Below are positions 9,101 to 16,127 of a stretch of 43,946 bases of DNA, in pieces. Below the pieces are notes generated by a model. It saw only the letters and a list, made by a program, of their open reading frames with translations. It was not told the DNA's origin and did no database searches. Numbering within the stretch: position 1 is the stretch's first letter; the number at the start of each line of letters is the position of its first letter. A program made the translations under genes and the position numbers. The DNA lies in IMG/VR virus record IMGVR_UViG_3300017912_002579, positions 1-43,946 of that record. One strand, 5' to 3'. Source of the stretch: a virus (lineage: Duplodnaviria; Caudoviricetes).

Positions 9101-9825
9101 GGCTATGGCACATGGCGTCACTCAGCCTGCTTCCATTCTTCACTTTCTTCCGTGGTACGCCCCACCAGCTGGCTGCAATTAAACAACTTGAAGAGTCAAT
9201 GCCAGCGGAGTTATTGGAGGAGCACGAGGCTGATTGGTTTCAGGCGTGGAAGGAGAGTGGATATGACCAGCAGATCTTCATGCCTTACTTCAAGCAGCTC
9301 GACAACGAGACTGGAACGGGATACCGCGAGTGTTTCAGCTCAGCAGCTGCCATGGTGGCGGCGTATTACAAGAAGGTTCGGACGGATGATGAGTACAACA
9401 AGATCCGCGCCAAGTTCGGAGACACCACGTCAGTAATGGCTCAGCTCAAGGCTTTGCGGAGTCTTGGCTTAAAAGCTGAATTTCGAATGGATGGTGATGC
9501 GGACATGGTTGAAAAGGAAATTGAAGAAGGCAGACCTGTGATGGTCGCTTGGCTGCATCACGGCAACATGCTGCGTGGTGAGCCACCAATGTGCGGTTCT
9601 AACGCTTGTGGTCATTGGAGCGTAATCAGTGGTTATGCGGGTAAGAACAGCAACGATCCAGAGTGGATCATGCAAGATCCTCGCGGTTATCCCGAAATGG
9701 AGAAGGGTGGTCACAGCAATCCGCATCTGGGACGTAACGTCCGAGTGAGGCAAGCAGCGTTTTACCAGCGTTGGCAGGCCGATGGACCTGGCACTGGCTG
9801 GGCGATATTTGTCGACAAGCTGTAG
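9097..9825 (+). CDS. Peptidase C39-like protein, probable endolysin
   Basis: Catalytic-type motifs RECFSSAAAM (Cys), GHWSVISGY (His) and MQDP (Asp). Confidence 0.75.
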   Translation: MRLWHMASLSLLPFFTFFRGTPHQLAAIKQLEESMPAELLEEHEADWFQAWKESGYDQQIFMPYFKQLDNETGTGYRECFSSAAAMVAAYYKKVRTDDEYNKIRAKFGDTTSVMAQLKALRSLGLKAEFRMDGDADMVEKEIEEGRPVMVAWLHHGNMLRGEPPMCGSNACGHWSVISGYAGKNSNDPEWIMQDPRGYPEMEKGGHSNPHLGRNVRVRQAAFYQRWQADGPGTGWAIFVDKL

Positions 9826-9847
9826 AATATCGTTTTGCGCCTGACAC

Positions 9848-10366
9848 GTGCCGGTATTAAGTGATTGGGAGATCAAGGCACGCTGCAAGGGCAGCAGCAT
9901 GGTGGTGCCGTTCGATCCTGAGTTATTGAACCCTGCCAGCCTTGATGTGGTGCTCGGTGATCGCTTGATGGTCGAGAGCATCTACCAGCCGGAATTCGTA
10001 CAGTACGACATCTCGCACAACACCGAGTCTGACCCGTACTGGCTGCAGCCTGACGAATTTGTCTTAGCTGAGACGCAGGAGACGTTCAATCTGCCCGAAG
10101 ACTTGTCGGCGCAATTCGTTTTGAAATCCAGCCGAGCCAGAGCGGGCTATCAGCATATGCTGGCCGGATGGTGTGATCCTGGCTGGTATGGCAGTCGCCT
10201 GACACTGGAGCTAAAAAATGTGCGACTACATCACCCGCTGCCACTATATCCTGGCCTCAAAATCGGCCAGATGGTGTTTCATACCATGTCCAGTGTGCCA
10301 CTCAACAGCTATGCGGACATTGGCCACTACAACAACCACTCGACGGTGATGCCATCGGTGGTTTGA
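9848..10366 (+). CDS. dcd: dCTP deaminase
   Basis: LSDWEI, NPASLDVVLG, LKSSRARAG, DPGWYGSRLTLE and GLKIGQMVF motifs. Confidence 0.9.
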   Translation: MPVLSDWEIKARCKGSSMVVPFDPELLNPASLDVVLGDRLMVESIYQPEFVQYDISHNTESDPYWLQPDEFVLAETQETFNLPEDLSAQFVLKSSRARAGYQHMLAGWCDPGWYGSRLTLELKNVRLHHPLPLYPGLKIGQMVFHTMSSVPLNSYADIGHYNNHSTVMPSVV

Positions 10367-10388
10367 ATAGGACAACCGATCTCACATT

Positions 10389-10601
10389 ATGGGCTGGGCT
10401 GACTGGATGATGGTGGAGCAGTCTCTAGAAGAGGAGCTGCACCTTGAAGCTACGGTGCGCGAGATCACAGATACCACCGACACAATGGTGTTGACTGACT
10501 TATGCATTCAACTTACGCGCCAAAATTGGCACCAGACCAAGCTTTTGAAGCAGGCAGTCTATAGAGTGATGGAACTAGAAGCCGGATTGACAGCTGAATG
10601 A
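10389..10601 (+). CDS. Hypothetical protein
   Basis: Coiled-coil-like ORF in operon position after dcd. Confidence 0.6.
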   Translation: MGWADWMMVEQSLEEELHLEATVREITDTTDTMVLTDLCIQLTRQNWHQTKLLKQAVYRVMELEAGLTAE

Positions 10602-10738
10602 TACATGCGCACCGCCTGCTCATAAATCCACTTAGCCTGCCATTCCTGCCCGTGTTCGCGGGTCATGCCCGCATATGTGATCCGCCAAAGCGGCCCAGAT
10701 GGTGTGTCGATCTGGACCAGCTTTGGGGGCGGTGTCAT
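10559..10738 (-). CDS. Small hypothetical protein (59 aa)
   Basis: Read by hand: MTPPPKLVQIDTPSGPLWRITYAGMTREHGQEWQAKWIYEQA...; start overlaps the sigma stop (TGATG). Confidence 0.6.
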   Translation of the reverse strand: MTPPPKLVQIDTPSGPLWRITYAGMTREHGQEWQAKWIYEQAVRMYHSAVNPASSSITL

Positions 10739-11622
10739 CAGCTTGCCACGAAGTTCAGGTAACGGCGCATCTTGTTGTTAATGCGCAGTAGACGTTGCCG
10801 CACTGCCTCTCTAGAGACAGATTCCGCTGTAGCTATCTCTTGCAACGTACTTAAAGCGTAGCCATCTAGGCCGTAGGCCATAGATGCCACCACGCGTTCT
10901 TTTTCAGGCAGCTTTTCGATGACTTTGCACGCCTTGTCGATTAGCTGCCGTTCAGCAGATTCTTCAAGTGCGTCTTTCTGCTCACGGTCTGGGATGATAT
11001 CGATCAGCTGTGCGCCGCCGTCATCACTCATTTGCGTGTGCAAGCTACCCATCCTCGGATATCGCTCAAGCAACAACGCCAACTGCTCGGGCTCCATGTC
11101 CAGGTATTCGGCTGATTCTTGCGTCGTGGGTGCCCTGTCGTTGGCTTCATGGAACCGTGCTGCCCATTTGCGCAGCTTGGTCAGGCTGTCGAGATGATTA
11201 ACAGGCAGCCGCATTACGCGGTCCTGTTTCTGAATCGACCGGTTGATGCCTTGACGGATCCACCAGTACGCGTAGGTGCTGAATTTGTAGCCGCGTTCAG
11301 GGTCGAACTTCTCGACCCCACGGATCAGTCCAATGCTGCCCTCCTGTACAATGTCCATAAATGTCATGGTCTGTGCAAGGTGGGCACTGCGCTTGGCGAC
11401 ATGAGCCACCAGGCGCAAATTGGCTGAGACCATGCGCTCTTTGGCACGCCTGCCGAATCGCAGGGTGCGTTGTTCTTGCGCAGTATATGGGCCTTTAGGC
11501 TTGTCCTCTAGTAGCCGCATCATCGCTTGGACTCTGCGGCCGCACAGGATCTCCTCTGTAGCTGTCAGCAGCGGTACGCGATTTATTGCTGCGTAGTAGC
11601 TGTCTTCCGCGGACTTTGGCAT
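10738..11622 (-). CDS. RNA polymerase sigma-70 family factor (cyanobacterial group-2-like, regions 1.2-4)
   Basis: PLLTATEEI, MVSANLRLV, EKFDPERGYKFSTYAYWWIRQ, and region 4 HTH TLQEIA...VSREAVRQ. Confidence 0.92.
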   Translation of the reverse strand: MPKSAEDSYYAAINRVPLLTATEEILCGRRVQAMMRLLEDKPKGPYTAQEQRTLRFGRRAKERMVSANLRLVAHVAKRSAHLAQTMTFMDIVQEGSIGLIRGVEKFDPERGYKFSTYAYWWIRQGINRSIQKQDRVMRLPVNHLDSLTKLRKWAARFHEANDRAPTTQESAEYLDMEPEQLALLLERYPRMGSLHTQMSDDGGAQLIDIIPDREQKDALEESAERQLIDKACKVIEKLPEKERVVASMAYGLDGYALSTLQEIATAESVSREAVRQRLLRINNKMRRYLNFVAS

Positions 11623-11915
11623 GAATAGATGGCTTTCAAAAGTAGGAGATAGAGGATGGCGTCGTCAATACGACCGGCGATGGGCTCTGATTTGGCCCTC
11701 TCTGGCTCTCGGATGTGGTTCTGGATCGCGTCCATGTGCTTGGTCAGGTAGACGAAGCACACGGCATCCGGAGCCAACCCAAGCGCCTTTGAGAGCCGCT
11801 TGAAGTTGTCTAACTGGTTGTCGCTATTGGCATATTCATGTCCTTTGCTTTGTGTTAGACGGGTGATGTCGTCCCAGGTATCGCCACACAATGTGACGAA
11901 TTCCTGGGTGCTCAT
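11583..11915 (-). CDS. Putative all-alpha nucleotide pyrophosphatase / nucleotide-modification-associated protein (DUF1599/Nmad1-like)
   Basis: KGHEYA...LDNFKR...KHMD...SEPIAGRIDDAILYLLL pattern. ATG 11915 is coupled to the upstream stop (ATGA). Confidence 0.55.
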   Translation of the reverse strand: MSTQEFVTLCGDTWDDITRLTQSKGHEYANSDNQLDNFKRLSKALGLAPDAVCFVYLTKHMDAIQNHIREPERAKSEPIAGRIDDAILYLLLLKAIYSCQSPRKTATTQQ

Positions 11916-12166
11916 CTCACAATTCGTGACCATGGTGCGTCCTTGGGGTTGGGGTTGTTGGGTCGCCATGTGTATTCGCAGTCATCCATGAGCCAGCGGT
12001 AAAAGTTAGAGCTCATGCCACCGTGGGCTGGGTGCTGTGGCCATGGCTCACCAAAAAAGTCGATAACGTCGGCGGTGCTGACGTCTGAGAGACACCGTGC
12101 AATGGACATGGGAGTGTGGCCGCGCTTGCGTAGGCGGATAACCTCTTGGGCTTGCTCGAAAGTCAT
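11912..12166 (-). CDS. Hypothetical protein, possible HTH
   Basis: VIRLRKRGHTPMSIARCL resembles an HTH; translationally coupled to datZ. Confidence 0.6.
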   Translation of the reverse strand: MTFEQAQEVIRLRKRGHTPMSIARCLSDVSTADVIDFFGEPWPQHPAHGGMSSNFYRWLMDDCEYTWRPNNPNPKDAPWSRIVR

Positions 12167-12714
12167 GTGTTGCAGTAGGTGTCGTTGAAGAGTCCGTGCA
12201 GAGCGGCTTGCGATACAGCATCAATAGGCGACCTATGCAGTCGATCCCACATCTGTTCTGCTAACAGCTCACGCACATCGATGGCATGCTGCCCGGTGCC
12301 GTTGATTTTGAGATACAAAATCGATTCTGCGGTGTCGCAAAATTTGCAGAAGGCAGCTGTCACGTCTTCCATCTTATGCACCTCGTCAAGTGGTGGGAAG
12401 ATATCAGACTCAAGCTGATTGAGCCAGGCTTTGACTTCTGGCGTCTTGTGCGGTGTAGGCATGTCGCCTGTCCGGATTTCGGGCAGGTCGTGGATCAATG
12501 CCCACTCCTCAGCGAGTACCTGCTCATTGATAGGCAACCGGATCGACGGCCCCCATTCTCTGACCAAGACCCACACGCGGTACATATGTTCCGCGATGTT
12601 TTGTCTGGTGGTGGTGTGCACAATGCCCCATCTAGAGATGTGACTGGCACGCAGGAAGGTGGCGGCACCTTCGAGCTTGCCTTGATGCCTATTGGACATG
12701 TGAAAGAGCCCCAT
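12163..12714 (-). CDS. datZ: HD-domain dATP triphosphohydrolase of the Z-genome pathway
   Basis: LRASHISRWGIV...QNIAEHM...ALIHDLPEIRTGDMPTPHK...KFCDTAE closely matches S-2L DatZ as recalled, and it lies next to purZ/mazZ. True start may be ATG 12699. Confidence 0.9.
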   Translation of the reverse strand: MGLFHMSNRHQGKLEGAATFLRASHISRWGIVHTTTRQNIAEHMYRVWVLVREWGPSIRLPINEQVLAEEWALIHDLPEIRTGDMPTPHKTPEVKAWLNQLESDIFPPLDEVHKMEDVTAAFCKFCDTAESILYLKINGTGQHAIDVRELLAEQMWDRLHRSPIDAVSQAALHGLFNDTYCNT

Positions 12715-13069
12715 TGTCTTGTCGTTTCCAGCGGCGTGCGCGGTTTTTAGTCATTTTGCGCATGACGGCCTGGTGCATATCAACCTGCTGTAGATGGAAC
12801 AGGTCGAGCACCAATATCGCCACGTCTGCCAGCTCCATCGGATCTGACATGCGCTCTGATGCGATCAGCTCGCCGATCTCTTCCAGTAGCTTCGCAATGG
12901 TGGACATTGCGTCACGGTCTGGATTGACGGTATCGGCCCAGCTGGCGATGTCAGCCTGCAGCTCCTCGATATCGCTGGTAGATCGCTTTGATTCGATCAG
13001 CCTCGATAGCCGGTGCGCCGACCCGGTAGATGTCTGCGAGAGACGGTCCGAACCCGAGGTATTGGACAT
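12689..13069 (-). CDS. mazZ: MazG-like (d)GTP pyrophosphohydrolase supplying dGMP to PurZ (start uncertain)
   Basis: ELQADIASW...IAKLLEEIGELIAS...ELADVAILVLDL...NRARRW: MazG-type acidic motifs, matching S-2L MazZ as recalled. Confidence 0.88.
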   Translation of the reverse strand: MSNTSGSDRLSQTSTGSAHRLSRLIESKRSTSDIEELQADIASWADTVNPDRDAMSTIAKLLEEIGELIASERMSDPMELADVAILVLDLFHLQQVDMHQAVMRKMTKNRARRWKRQDNGALSHVQ

Positions 13070-14033
13070 TGGTGCATTCATTGAGTCGTTCCCAGATGTC
13101 AACCAGGTGCTTGTACTGGACTGGATATTGCGCAAAGTTCAGGAAGCCGACCTGAATATTGCTCTGGTAGCAAGCTTCCATCGCTTGCTGCTGGCTCCAG
13201 GTGAAGATGCGCCGTGGCAGCTTAGTCACCGTGGTGAGCTCCTGTTGCTGACCAATCGACTCAAACGAGATCTCGGCTGAATCGTGGTAGCTCGGGCCAC
13301 TCCATTCCCCGGCCTCGGGCCTGTTGGCCACACGGATCGGGAATGTGCGGAATGTGCCGTGCACCGTGGGGCTGCCATTCATCATGGGCACACCAGTGTC
13401 TGACATGATCGACGATGCCGTCACATCACGACAGGTGGTATATGGGTACTGCCCGTGATACATCGACAGGCTGAAGCCTTGGCAGCTCTCGATCAACAGT
13501 GAGGCTGACTCGGCATAAATCCGCTGCATCTTGGCAGTATCGATCGGAATGATGAACCGCATCACCGGGTGATCTGCCTGGCTGATGGTGTTGAACTGCT
13601 CCGGGTTGCGCCGGATGCGCTCAATCTGAGCTGCACCGACACCTTGCCTGGTGGAGCCTGGTGCGGTGCCGCCTTTAGATTCAGCCTCGCGGTGCCTGTC
13701 GTAGACGCAAGCTGCATGCCGATGCACATAGATATGCACGTTGCGGAATTCAGGCAACCGTTCGTACAAGTCGCCAATTTCGCCAGCCAGCCGGTCCAGG
13801 TCGATCAGGCTGCCAGGGCCGAGCACGATCTGCTGCAGCATCGGTGACGTGATGCCGCTAGGCAACATCTTGTGGATGTACGTGCTGCCGTCCCAGACCA
13901 GGGTGTGGCCTGCGTTGGGCGATGGTGCGTACGCGATCGTGTCGCATTGGATGTGCTGCGCCAGGAAGCCTGCGTATAGGCCCTTGCCGGTCGAGCCGTA
14001 TTGCGCGTCGATGATGAGGTGGCGCTTACGCAT
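12951..14033 (-). CDS. purZ: N6-succino-2-amino-dAMP synthetase (2-aminoadenine biosynthesis; PurA paralogue)
   Basis: DAQYGSTGKG (Ser where PurA has catalytic Asp, GDEGKG), PNAGHT, GSTRQGVG, RTFPIRVANR, TTVTKLPRRI, and FLNFAQY in place of the PurA TKLD motif. Confidence 0.95.
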   Translation of the reverse strand: MRKRHLIIDAQYGSTGKGLYAGFLAQHIQCDTIAYAPSPNAGHTLVWDGSTYIHKMLPSGITSPMLQQIVLGPGSLIDLDRLAGEIGDLYERLPEFRNVHIYVHRHAACVYDRHREAESKGGTAPGSTRQGVGAAQIERIRRNPEQFNTISQADHPVMRFIIPIDTAKMQRIYAESASLLIESCQGFSLSMYHGQYPYTTCRDVTASSIMSDTGVPMMNGSPTVHGTFRTFPIRVANRPEAGEWSGPSYHDSAEISFESIGQQQELTTVTKLPRRIFTWSQQQAMEACYQSNIQVGFLNFAQYPVQYKHLVDIWERLNECTNVQYLGFGPSLADIYRVGAPAIEADRIKAIYQRYRGAAG

Positions 14034-14298
14034 GGGCCTCCAGGCGATCCAGAATTTCAGTCAATTTAGAGCGCACGCGACGGCGTGAACCATCGGTTGC
14101 TTCACCCGCCACGATATAGGCGAATTGGGCAACGCGCTTTGCTTCTTCTGGGTCAAAGCCCCAGTTGATGGCGCGTCGTTCGAGCTTCCGTGCTCCATGA
14201 ATGCCGCCGTAATCTCGGCGGATCTGCTTGGTAACTTCGCTGACCAGCTTGTGATTTGACCAGCCAGCATGCGGTGCTTGGGTTGTGGATGCTGACAT
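14026..14298 (-). CDS. Hypothetical protein upstream of purZ
   Basis: ORF tightly coupled to both neighbours. Confidence 0.65.
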   Translation of the reverse strand: MSASTTQAPHAGWSNHKLVSEVTKQIRRDYGGIHGARKLERRAINWGFDPEEAKRVAQFAYIVAGEATDGSRRRVRSKLTEILDRLEAHA

Positions 14299-14594
14299 CA
14301 GAACAGGTCGCCTTCTGCGGAGGTCTGTGCAGCGGCCGGCTTGGCCTCTACGCCATAGTCGTCGATGCTGAGCGACAGGCTGATATACGCCTTGCCAGAT
14401 TTAGATTGCTTCTTCCAGCCTGCAACGCGGACCTTGATGCGGCCTTCGTCGTCAGTGTTGTACTGGTTGGCCATCACCTGGTCGTAGATCGCTAGGAAGT
14501 CTTCCTTGGTGATCTGGCCGGGTCCGGTAAAGTCGGGCTGGTTGTCGCGCTCTTTGCGCTCGTTCTTGAACAGGCTGCTGTTGAAAGCGGGCAT
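14298..14594 (-). CDS. Single-stranded DNA-binding protein (DUF736-like) with acidic C-terminal tip
   Basis: LFKNERKERDNQPDFTG...AGWKKQSKSGKAYISLSL; ends EGDLF. Confidence 0.65.
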   Translation of the reverse strand: MPAFNSSLFKNERKERDNQPDFTGPGQITKEDFLAIYDQVMANQYNTDDEGRIKVRVAGWKKQSKSGKAYISLSLSIDDYGVEAKPAAAQTSAEGDLF

Positions 14595-14815
14595 CAGAGG
14601 TTGGGTGAAAGGGTGGATTCGTAAGCAACGACAGCTGCAATCGGGTAATAGATGCGGCTGGAATGGCCGGCCTTAATGTGTTTGGGTCCGCGTGCAACGC
14701 GACGCCACCGGGCCAGAGTGACTAGAGATACAGGAAAGGGTGTATCCTCCCAACGTGCGACCAGCTGAGCAGGCGTTAGGTGCTGCTCAGGGTCAAATTC
14801 AAAGGAAGTCGTCAT
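14594..14815 (-). CDS. Excisionase/AlpA-like winged HTH protein
   Basis: LTPAQLVARW...TLARWR...GPKHIK...RIYYPIAAVVAYE. Confidence 0.75.
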   Translation of the reverse strand: MTTSFEFDPEQHLTPAQLVARWEDTPFPVSLVTLARWRRVARGPKHIKAGHSSRIYYPIAAVVAYESTLSPNL

Positions 14816-15215
14816 CCGAGATCTTCGATGATTGCTTTGTCATTTTATGATCGCCGTGATCAGCATCATCATCAGGGCAACCAGCTGCCAGATTGAGTAT
14901 GGCAAGCAATGCGTACCTACGTTGATATGTGACGGCACCGCCCCAGGCATGCAGGGCATTCCCTTTGCGGTGTTCGCCAATGACCAGCGGCGTCTCAGAT
15001 TCGATGTGCTCGCCAGAGATGTGCATCAATGTCGTTACAAGGCTGTTGCCTCGGAACGTCTGTGACAGTGCGAGGTCTTGCTCTAGCAGATGTGGTGTTA
15101 CAGCTGCCAGCACGGTCTGCAAGTCTGCGTACGGACCATATTGAGCCTGTGATAGCTCGCGGATTGCGCCGACATTCTTATGGAATGCGAGCAGTGCCGC
15201 TACGATCTTGCTCAT
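14799..15215 (-). CDS. erf: ERF-family single-strand annealing protein
   Basis: YADLQTVLAAVTPHL...GGAVTYQRRYALLAILNL...DDDAD. ATG 15215 is coupled to the exonuclease stop. Confidence 0.85.
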   Translation of the reverse strand: MSKIVAALLAFHKNVGAIRELSQAQYGPYADLQTVLAAVTPHLLEQDLALSQTFRGNSLVTTLMHISGEHIESETPLVIGEHRKGNALHAWGGAVTYQRRYALLAILNLAAGCPDDDADHGDHKMTKQSSKISDDDFL

Positions 15216-16033
15216 GATGCCCACGGGGGTAGGTTGACTTCCACGATGTTATTGGAATAAGCAGGCCAGGGCTGACTAGGCCCTAGCGTCTTGAAGCAAT
15301 CGGCCATCCGGTCCAGCAATTCGCGGGCACGGCGTGAGCCAGCTTCGATCATGCTGTCAGATGCGCGTATCACTGACACGGCATTAGGTGCTTCCTTCTC
15401 CACGCAGACAAAGAGGAAACCTTTAGGCCGCTGGCCAGTCGCCCATTCGATCACGTCGAGGTAGAAGCCCGCCTGCACGTGATATTGAAAGTTGGCGATC
15501 GTCTTGGTAAAGGCCTCAGGTGATGCATTCTGCGTGGTCTTGAGATCGACCACCCAGCCTGAGTCGGTGATGCAGTCGGCCCGGCATTTCACCTCCAGGT
15601 CTGTCTTAGGACAAGTGGCCAGGAATGTGGCCTCTTTATAGCCCTTAGCAGAGAGGATCTTGCTGGCCATTGGGTGATCCTGCAGTGCCATCGAGAGCTG
15701 GTGGCATTGTGCATTTGTGCCCATTGGCAGCAGGGTCTGCCCTTCTGCGGTGGCCTCTTCCTCGGCCTGTCGATATGCCTTGGACACCTTGCTCGCGCTA
15801 GGTGCCTCGACATATTTCAGCTTGTATTCCAGAGGCTCCAGAACGTATGCGTGGAACGCAGCACCGAACAGCAATGCTGGTGTGGGTGCTTTTGACTGGG
15901 CCTGCGGATTGAGGAATTGATGCCAGAAGTGCGCCGGGCTTTGCCCAAAAGTGATTAGCGCCGATCGGCCAATAGCACTCAGACTGTGGTATTCATCGTG
16001 TGTCATGTCGATGGGCCATGGCTTGCTGTTCAT
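15212..16033 (-). CDS. RecE/exonuclease VIII-like PD-(D/E)XK exonuclease (DUF3799)
   Basis: EYHS...FGAAFHAYVLEP...KCRADC...DLKTT...YHVQAGFY...VEKEAP. Start placed at ATG 16033, downstream of the promoter. Confidence 0.85.
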   Translation of the reverse strand: MNSKPWPIDMTHDEYHSLSAIGRSALITFGQSPAHFWHQFLNPQAQSKAPTPALLFGAAFHAYVLEPLEYKLKYVEAPSASKVSKAYRQAEEEATAEGQTLLPMGTNAQCHQLSMALQDHPMASKILSAKGYKEATFLATCPKTDLEVKCRADCITDSGWVVDLKTTQNASPEAFTKTIANFQYHVQAGFYLDVIEWATGQRPKGFLFVCVEKEAPNAVSVIRASDSMIEAGSRRARELLDRMADCFKTLGPSQPWPAYSNNIVEVNLPPWAS

Positions 16034-16055
16034 TGCTAGAAGAAACGACAGGGCT

Positions 16056-16084
16056 ATAGTACCATCTATATCAAGACATGTCAA
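16056..16084 (-). promoter_or_regulatory. Sigma70-type promoter driving the exo-erf-purZ-sigma operon
   Basis: Minus strand TTGACA-N17-TACTAT, with TG just upstream of the -10. Confidence 0.7.
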
Positions 16085-16127
16085 TCTATTGCAAGTAATG
16101 TTATCGTGAGTCTGTTGCGACACCCCA

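Noticed and set aside
12714-13280. 188-aa plus-strand ORF, and other long antisense ORFs such as 34825-35436, 9469-9981, 39314-39814 and 5987-6505
   Set aside because: Shadow frames overlapping well-supported genes, with no recognisable motifs.
12951-14033. Ordinary purA auxiliary metabolic gene
   Set aside because: The catalytic Asp is replaced by Ser, the TKLD GTP motif is replaced by NFAQY, and the neighbours are mazZ and datZ.
16033-16123. N-terminal extension of the exonuclease given in the ORF track
   Set aside because: It overlaps the TTGACA-N17-TACTAT promoter; ATG 16033 is the more plausible start.
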